Assembly (NCBI GenBank): GCA_039028615.1 | Contig: JBCCHT010000073.1 | Coordinates: 1-33,419, forward strand | Length of the DNA stretch: 33,419 bases | Direction of reading: 5' to 3' | Origin: Myxococcota bacterium | GTDB lineage: Bacteria; Myxococcota_A; Polyangia; Nannocystales; Nannocystaceae | Shown here: piece by piece, positions 27,416 through 33,419 of the stretch | How positions within the stretch are numbered: position 1 is the first letter of the stretch | How the letters are laid out: each line of letters begins with the position of its first letter | Notes under the pieces: generated by a model | Told to the model about the DNA's origin: nothing | Seen by the model: the letters and a program-made list of their open reading frames with translations, nothing else | The model's database searches: none | Made by a program: the position numbers and the translations under genes

Positions 27416-28420
27416 ATGAAAAAATCCGTAGTCATTCCTGCCGCCGCGCTGCTGTGTTCCATCTCCGCGTGCAGCCGGCCGAACCCCAACTACAACCCCG
27501 GCGAGACCTTCGCGACTTTCGGAGGCACCCACGGGGACGACCCGACCACTGGCGGCGATGAAGAAGGGGTCGACGAGACCGCCGAGGATACGCCCGAGCC
27601 TCCCATGTACGGCCTGTACTGGTGCACCCGCGCATATGAGGCCTCCTACACCCCCGCGGACGATCCCGTCGGCGCCGAGCCGGTCGCCCACGACGATGGC
27701 ACTGCGCCCGAGGGCTGCCAGTGCGTCCAGCACGACACGGACGTCGAGCTGTGGCTCTTCGCAAACTTGGTCGACGACGAAGTGGTGATCGATCAAGCCG
27801 ACGTCGAGGCCGAGCTCGGGGCCGGCAGTGATCTCGCCAACGCGATCCTGCAGCTTCGCAACGACATCTACAACGATACCCGTGCCACCTGCACTGGCTT
27901 GGTCCCGGGGGACGCGCTCGATAGCACCTGTCTCGATGCCGACCTCTTCGATGCCGACCCGGCCACGCCGGAGTTCGAGCCGACCGGGATCTACCGGGAC
28001 AACCGTATGGGTGAGTCCGATTGCCTGCCTCCGCCCGTGGCGATCGGGGTCGAGTGCGAGTTCGACGACTACGTGACCCAGATCGAGCGGCGAGACGGCA
28101 ACTTCACCGTTCCGTCGCAGCTCGTCGACGGCTACCTCGACAACCCGAACTGCCTGATGATCGAAGGATGGGCGGCACGCGTCGACGAAGACGGCATCGC
28201 CAAGCTCCACGGCATCCAGGCCGGCGATGCGCTCCACCGTCTCGGCCTACGCAATGGCGACATCCCGCTGTGGGTCAACGCGGGCGATGACAAACACCCC
28301 CTGGCGACCGTGACGGGAGCCATGGATGCGGTCGCGGCGTTCGCCAACGAGACCGACCTCGTGCTCGAGGTCGAGCGTGGTGGGACCGAGGTCCAACTCG
28401 GGTACCATATCGAGCGATGA
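27416..28420 (+). CDS. Lipoprotein with a Cys/Asp-rich N-terminal region and a C-terminal GspC-type PDZ domain
   Basis: Lipobox ISA-C. The C-terminus KLHGIQAGDALHRLGLRNGDIPLWVN...LEVERGGTEVQLGYHI matches the GspC PDZ pattern. Confidence 0.7.
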   Translation: MKKSVVIPAAALLCSISACSRPNPNYNPGETFATFGGTHGDDPTTGGDEEGVDETAEDTPEPPMYGLYWCTRAYEASYTPADDPVGAEPVAHDDGTAPEGCQCVQHDTDVELWLFANLVDDEVVIDQADVEAELGAGSDLANAILQLRNDIYNDTRATCTGLVPGDALDSTCLDADLFDADPATPEFEPTGIYRDNRMGESDCLPPPVAIGVECEFDDYVTQIERRDGNFTVPSQLVDGYLDNPNCLMIEGWAARVDEDGIAKLHGIQAGDALHRLGLRNGDIPLWVNAGDDKHPLATVTGAMDAVAAFANETDLVLEVERGGTEVQLGYHIER

Positions 28421-29541
28421 GCGTGGCTCGCCCCAACCATGGCCGCCCCGTCGATGGCGTCAGGCTCGCCCTCGTCATCGTCGCGGTCGCTGGGTTGGGG
28501 TGCCAACCACCGGGCACGCCTACCCGGGACCCTCCCGAGCCCTTCGAGATCATTCACACTCACGAACTCGTCGAAGTCGGTGCCGATCCGAGCCTGCCCA
28601 TCTGCGGGGGCTCGCTGGACTACATCGATCGGTTCGTCGAGCACTACGTCGACCACTCCTCCCTCGGAGTGCTCGACGAGCCGGTGCGCTTCTTTTACGT
28701 CACCGAGGAGCTGGCCTTCGAGATCTGCGGGCGCTTTGCCTGTGCGGGTCGTGGGCATGCCTACTCCCCGTGGCTGACGCATCCCCACGAACTCGTCCAC
28801 ACGATTCGCCACCGACAGCAGCAGCCGCTCGGGCACAACTTCTTCGAAGAAGGCGCCGCCCAGCTCTACGACGCCACGGTCGACCCCTCGTGGCCGGAGA
28901 CCTTCACCATCACCGAGGCCCTTCAGTACCCCCAGGCGCTGGCGGGAAGTCACTACGATCAGGCCGGACACCTGATGAGCTTCGTTCGCCATCGGTGGTC
29001 CTACCACGCCGTCGAGACGCTCCTCGACGAGATGGTCGACGTGACGACCGAACCGGAGCTGGAGGACGGCCTCGTGGAAGCGCTGGGCATCGGCATCGAC
29101 CAGCTCGACGCCGACTACCGCGAGCACTATCCCCGCTGCGATGGCATCGGCTGGCGAGAGATGCCGATCGAGTGCTCGAGCGACCCGTTGCCCTGGGTGC
29201 GGGACGAAAACGGGCGTGGATCCATCGATCGAGACATTCCCGACTTCGCCTGCGGGCACCCCGACGCCATCGGTCCCGCCGAGGGGCGAGTCTGGACGAG
29301 CTTCACCTTCGACGTCGAGGAACCCGGGGAGCACCTCATCCAGATCCCGGACATCGCCGGGATGAGCCTCGAGCTCGGCTCGTGTGATCTCGGCTGCGAC
29401 CTCGGTGTCGCCCAGTGGTCCGATCGCGAGGACTTCGGCACCATCCTCGAGCTCCCCGCCGGACGCCACGTCCTCCGACTCAGCCGAGCCCTCGACGACC
29501 CTGGGCCCGTCGGTTTCCATCTGCTCGGGCCTCCCACCTGA
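28417..29541 (+). CDS. Lipoprotein zinc metallopeptidase (gluzincin-like)
   Basis: Lipobox GLG-C, HELVH (HExxH) followed by FFEEGAA (third ligand), and an ATGA overlap with the upstream gene. Confidence 0.75.
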   Translation: MSVARPNHGRPVDGVRLALVIVAVAGLGCQPPGTPTRDPPEPFEIIHTHELVEVGADPSLPICGGSLDYIDRFVEHYVDHSSLGVLDEPVRFFYVTEELAFEICGRFACAGRGHAYSPWLTHPHELVHTIRHRQQQPLGHNFFEEGAAQLYDATVDPSWPETFTITEALQYPQALAGSHYDQAGHLMSFVRHRWSYHAVETLLDEMVDVTTEPELEDGLVEALGIGIDQLDADYREHYPRCDGIGWREMPIECSSDPLPWVRDENGRGSIDRDIPDFACGHPDAIGPAEGRVWTSFTFDVEEPGEHLIQIPDIAGMSLELGSCDLGCDLGVAQWSDREDFGTILELPAGRHVLRLSRALDDPGPVGFHLLGPPT

Positions 29542-29557
29542 GCCGGGCGGTCGGCGC

Positions 29558-30031
29558 TCAACCCAGAAACCGCTTCAGCACGTCGCCCGTCGCGTTCACC
29601 CAGTACCGGGAGCCTGCGGGGACGTGCTCGAAGAAGTTCTCGTACTCGCTCGCCCATCCGTTCGGCACGTGGTCGACGAACGAGGTCTGCTCCGGGTGCA
29701 ACGACCAGAGCTTCTTGGCATCGAAGTCGACGAACAGCATCGGGAGGTGATCAGCGATGTCGAACCACCCGCTGGCGGTTACGGCTGCCTTTTCGAGTCG
29801 CTCGCCGAGCCGTTGCTGTGAGACGCGGAACTCCGTCATCCGAGCGAGGAACTCGGTCGCCGTCGTCTCGTCGACGACCGGGAGATCGAAGCGTTCCGAG
29901 AAATCCGTCGCATCGACGTCATGACCGGCCGCGATGAAGGCGTCGGCCCACTTCTTCTGGTCGAGGATCCAGAACTCCGGGGCGCTGTCGTACCACCCGA
30001 TCGTTCCGTGATGTTTCGCGACGACGATCAT
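29558..30031 (-). CDS. Hypothetical protein, aromatic-rich, 157 aa
   Basis: Clean ORF with FWILD, ERFDLPVVD, LPMLFVDFD and VPNGW. Confidence 0.6.
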   Translation of the reverse strand: MIVVAKHHGTIGWYDSAPEFWILDQKKWADAFIAAGHDVDATDFSERFDLPVVDETTATEFLARMTEFRVSQQRLGERLEKAAVTASGWFDIADHLPMLFVDFDAKKLWSLHPEQTSFVDHVPNGWASEYENFFEHVPAGSRYWVNATGDVLKRFLG

Positions 30032-30157
30032 CAGTGCGCCGATGATACCGGGATCGCGAGTCCTCGCGACGTGCGCTGCCGCGAGCCATGTTGGAGAGTC
30101 TCGTTCTCGGCGCCGGGATCGCGGGTGAAGATGGCGAGCGACCGATCGCCGCTCGGC

Positions 30158-31123
30158 TCAGTTGCAGCCCACGCGTTCCGTTGCGACCACCACGTCGTCG
30201 AACCAGAGCTCGTTGTCGAAGTTGCTGAAGCTGTGCCAGCCGATGATGAACTCGTTGAACTTGTCGGCGAGGAACTGTTCCCCCAGCGCGCCGTTGTTCC
30301 ACTGTGACGGGTCATTGACCACGTGCACTTCGACCCCGTCGCTCCACGCTCGCACCTCGTGGTTGGCCTGGTCGGCGAGGAACGCCACCTCCACGCAGTG
30401 CCAGGCGCCCGCAGTGATCTCCGGCCCCCGGTCCCACGACTCCATCGTCGGGGAGATGTCGTCGCTCGGCACCTCGTTCGTCCCGATGACCCCCTTGATC
30501 TCCCCGAACCGAACTTCGTCGTTGGCCTGGCCGACCGACGCTCGCACTCCCAGCAGCGTCTCGTGGTTGTTCCCCGGGTTCGCCCCCAACTTCTCGGTGA
30601 GCCACACATACGTGCGCACGTAGACCCGATCGACCCCCGGCGGAAACGGCCGGGTCAACATCGCGGGCGTCTGCCCTCCGACCACGTGCAGCGATCGCTC
30701 GCCTTGCCGCGGTCGGCTACCGTCCGCCAGCGCGAACGCCATCCCCCCGGGGTCGTTGTTCATGTTGACCACGTAGCCCACGAAGCTGTCCCAGCCCGCG
30801 GGTACCGTGCCCTCGCCCGCGCCCTCGAAGTCCTCCTCGAACAGGATCGTCTCGGGATCGGGCCCCGTCCCGCCCCCCGTCGGCCCCTCATCCGTGCCGT
30901 CGTCCAGCCCGGTCGCCGAGTTGGCGGAGGTTGCATCGTCCGCCCCGCTGTCGTCCGTATCCGAGGCGTCGTCGGCCGCCGTCATCTCGTCGTCGGCCGA
31001 GCTGGCCAACGCGGTGGTGAACGTCGTGGTCCCGGGCTGCGGCTGCGAGTCACGGTCCGTGTTCTCACAGCCGACGAGCAGCATCAGGGGGGCCATCCCA
31101 CGAAGGACTCGATCTGCGCGCAT
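30158..31123 (-). CDS. Lipoprotein with a Cip1-like / polysaccharide-lyase-like jelly-roll domain
   Basis: Lipobox LVG-C, D/T/S linker, then FEEDFE, GERSLHV, YVRTY, WHCVEV and LWFDDVVVATERVGC. Start is 31123 or 31147. Confidence 0.7.
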   Translation of the reverse strand: MRADRVLRGMAPLMLLVGCENTDRDSQPQPGTTTFTTALASSADDEMTAADDASDTDDSGADDATSANSATGLDDGTDEGPTGGGTGPDPETILFEEDFEGAGEGTVPAGWDSFVGYVVNMNNDPGGMAFALADGSRPRQGERSLHVVGGQTPAMLTRPFPPGVDRVYVRTYVWLTEKLGANPGNNHETLLGVRASVGQANDEVRFGEIKGVIGTNEVPSDDISPTMESWDRGPEITAGAWHCVEVAFLADQANHEVRAWSDGVEVHVVNDPSQWNNGALGEQFLADKFNEFIIGWHSFSNFDNELWFDDVVVATERVGCN

Positions 31124-31200
31124 CGAGCAACGGTTTGTGCAAGGCACGTACCACGCCTCCGCGCGAGCGGTTTTCGCTTCAGCGGGGGGTGTGTCCGGGT

Positions 31201-31400
31201 GTTGCGGGCACGATCCTTCCGGTTGGGCGGATCAACTTCGACCCACCCTCGTGGTCGGCGGGGCATGTGTTGCGGCACGAACGGCAGCGGGTCGTCGACC
31301 CACTTCACGGCTGGCGACGATGGGTGAAGCAAGAACGGCGGCGGGTCGTTCCACTTCGCGGTCGGCGACCGTTGTTGAAGCAAGAGCGGCAAAGGGTCGC
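31201..31400. repeat. Degenerate ~52-55-bp intergenic tandem repeat with internal palindromes (about 3-4 units)
   Basis: Recurrent blocks (gaagcaag|gcggcacg)a-(a/g)cggc..(c/a)gggtcg and ccacttc..gg..ggcgac...tgaag, with CTTCAC/GTGAAG and GGTCG/CGACC complementarity. Confidence 0.6.
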
Positions 31401-31454
31401 GGGCCCCGGGTGCTCGTGCCGCCACGCTCCCTTTCGCTACGCCGAGGCAGGCCG

Positions 31455-32222
31455 TCAGTCCGGCTGCTCGGTGGGGCGCATCAACACGTCGTGCACCTGC
31501 ACGTGGTCGGGTGCCGTCACCACGTAGAGGACCGCCTGGGCGATGTCTTCGGGTTCGAGCACCGTGTACCGTCCGTACGTCTCCGCCGCTGCCCCCGGGT
31601 CGCGGTCATAGACTTCCGCGAACTCGGTACGGACGAAGCCCGGACTCACCGCGCTCACTCGGATGGCACTGCCTGCCTCCCGTAGTTCTCGCCGCAGCCC
31701 CTCGGTCAGCGAACGCACCGCGAACTTCGTGGCCGAGTACACACCGCTCTCGAGTGGAACGCGATGAGACGCCATGGACGAGATGTGCACCACGTGCCCC
31801 CGGTCACCGCGGCGCCGCATGTCGGAGACTGCCTCCCGCGTGCAGATGCACAGCGCGAGCACATTGACGTCCAACATCTCCCGCCAGTCCTCGGTCGCGC
31901 CGCTGAGCAGCGGTGCGTTGCGACCGAGCCCGGCGTTGTTGACCAGCAGGTCGATGCCGCCGAAATGCTCTCGGGCGGTCGCGAACGCGGCGAGGATCTG
32001 GGGTTCGTCGCGTAGGTCGCAGGTCAGCGGGAGGACTCGGGTCTCGGGGTGGCGGCTTTGGAGCGACTCGGCGAGCGCCTCGAGTCGGGTGGCGCGGCGA
32101 GCAAGCAGGACCAGGTGAGCGCCGGCTTCAGCGAGGGAGCGCGCCACGGCCTCGCCGATGCCGCTCGAGGCACCGGTGACCAACGCGACACGGCCTGCGA
32201 GAGCGGATGAGGGCTTGGTCAT
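31455..32222 (-). CDS. Short-chain dehydrogenase/reductase (DHRS11-like)
   Basis: TGASSGIG, NNAG, S..S, YSATK catalytic motif and SPGFVRTEF. Start is 32222 or 32234. Confidence 0.92.
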   Translation of the reverse strand: MTKPSSALAGRVALVTGASSGIGEAVARSLAEAGAHLVLLARRATRLEALAESLQSRHPETRVLPLTCDLRDEPQILAAFATAREHFGGIDLLVNNAGLGRNAPLLSGATEDWREMLDVNVLALCICTREAVSDMRRRGDRGHVVHISSMASHRVPLESGVYSATKFAVRSLTEGLRRELREAGSAIRVSAVSPGFVRTEFAEVYDRDPGAAAETYGRYTVLEPEDIAQAVLYVVTAPDHVQVHDVLMRPTEQPD

Positions 32223-32353
32223 TGTCTGCCCCATAGCATGATTTCGAGGACCGGTGATGGGCTCGGTTTCCGAGGCCCTCCACGACGCCGATTTCGGCAT
32301 GCGTGTCAGCCTGCTCGAGACGCAGGCTCCGCCGATGGACGATGAGACGGGTT

Positions 32354-33418
32354 TCAGCGTGATGGTTGGTCGTAACCGGGAAAGCTCGGCGTTTCCATCG
32401 AGATGGGGTCCCCGTCGATGTCCGTCTGCGGGTCACCGTCTTGCCACATCGCGATGCCTTCGAAGGTTTCTCGGCCCAAGTCGCTGAGCCGGAAGTCACC
32501 CATCGCAGGGTCTTCGAACCACGAGACATCAAACGCACCAACGACGGTGTTTGATGGCTCATCGCCACCGTCAGTGCCGCTATTGGTGAGCATCAGCTCC
32601 TGGCACTCACCGACCGAGTCGGGATCTTCCCCGACCAAGATGCTATTTCGAACCATTCCTGAGACCGACCCCAGGCAGCGAATCGACATCTGCGGGTTTG
32701 ACGAGTCGTTGCCCGCGATAGTTGTGTATACGGCCTGGAGGTCTGTGCCGTCTAAACTCAGACCTCCGAAGAGCGAGGAATTGTTACCGTTGGAAGCTAT
32801 GACGCTAGTCTTCAGCACTACTTGCGTAGTAGCGCCAGCTGCCTCGATCCCTCCACCGTCATTGTTGGAGAACATCGAGTTCAACAAGTCGATCGATGTC
32901 CCCGAGCCACTGATAGTGGCCCCTGTTCCATTGTTATTCGAGACCACAGAGCGCCGCAGGTGAGCCGCACAACCGCCAGACACCGTCAGCCCAACGCTGT
33001 CATTGTTTCGGACCTCGCTATCATCCAACCATACCGACGACCCCGAGCAGGCAAGGCCGCTACCGGATAAGTTGCCTCCGATGGAAACACTGCCGAAGTA
33101 CACGATTGAGTCGCTGCCATTCTGCAGAAAGCTGCCACTCGAGGTGCCGGTCAGAATCTGAGTCCCATCACCTATGATCGCGACCTCCGCGTTCGTCGTA
33201 AAATCGACGGATACGCCCGTGTAGTCGTCGATACCGCCCGTCAACATCAGGACTCGGTCCCCGCCGTCAGGCACGTTGTCGAACGCATTCACCAAGGCAG
33301 TCCCGTCGGCGATCATCTCGACCTCGCCAACATCAAAGCACCGCCCCACATCCGGCCCATCGAGATGACACGCACTCTCGGGGCAATGCGCATGCTCGCT
33401 GCACGCGACACACTCATT
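32354..33418 (-). CDS. Right-handed parallel beta-helix protein with a Cys-rich N-terminal region (5'-truncated by the window edge)
   Basis: The frame is open to the window end (NECVACSEHAHCPESACHLDG...). It has repeated S.V..N.G.GI units, TTIAGN, RNSIL, and the tail GDFRL...DIDGDP...PGYDQP. Confidence 0.8.
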   Translation of the reverse strand, partial: NECVACSEHAHCPESACHLDGPDVGRCFDVGEVEMIADGTALVNAFDNVPDGGDRVLMLTGGIDDYTGVSVDFTTNAEVAIIGDGTQILTGTSSGSFLQNGSDSIVYFGSVSIGGNLSGSGLACSGSSVWLDDSEVRNNDSVGLTVSGGCAAHLRRSVVSNNNGTGATISGSGTSIDLLNSMFSNNDGGGIEAAGATTQVVLKTSVIASNGNNSSLFGGLSLDGTDLQAVYTTIAGNDSSNPQMSIRCLGSVSGMVRNSILVGEDPDSVGECQELMLTNSGTDGGDEPSNTVVGAFDVSWFEDPAMGDFRLSDLGRETFEGIAMWQDGDPQTDIDGDPISMETPSFPGYDQPSR

Positions 33419-33419
33419 C

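Noticed and set aside
27416..28420. Genuine gspC of a type II secretion operon
   Set aside because: It has a lipoprotein signal instead of an N-terminal TM/HR domain, and no gspD/E/F neighbours.
31201..31400. CRISPR array
   Set aside because: The units are degenerate along their whole length, with no identical repeats separated by unique spacers and no cas genes.

Overview
This is a high-GC chromosomal window whose gene content suggests a myxobacterium of the Nannocystaceae type (inference). It holds two Hanks-type Ser/Thr kinases, Cys-rich secreted proteins and about 14 predicted lipoproteins. Bases 1-119 are a perfect inverted copy of 343-461, probably a fold-back or chimeric contig end truncating a CPBP protease gene. 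Next come tRNA-Arg(ACG) and its terminator. The most interesting region is a tightly coupled five-gene minus-strand operon (1174-6386) converging on the tRNA. In transcription order it encodes: an OmpA-C/PG-binding protein with transthyretin-like (VgrG-adaptor-like) domains and an in-frame TAA in its probable N-terminus; a signal-peptide-less transglutaminase-elicitor (GP42-like) Cys enzyme; two tandem 246-aa lipoprotein paralogs made by a 791-bp duplication whose breakpoints are still readable; and a LysM/PG-binding protein. I read this as a candidate orphan contractile-injection or T6SS effector/poly-immunity module (inference). The rest contains an orphan, diverged T4-gp19/Afp1-like tail-tube gene, a Coq4-like gene, a stand-alone Tat-exported SecDF-head lipoprotein, a GspC-type PDZ plus gluzincin lipoprotein pair, a degenerate palindromic intergenic repeat, an SDR and a truncated beta-helix protein. 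No integrase, transposase, rRNA or CRISPR array was seen. Family calls come from motif recognition by eye, not database searches.
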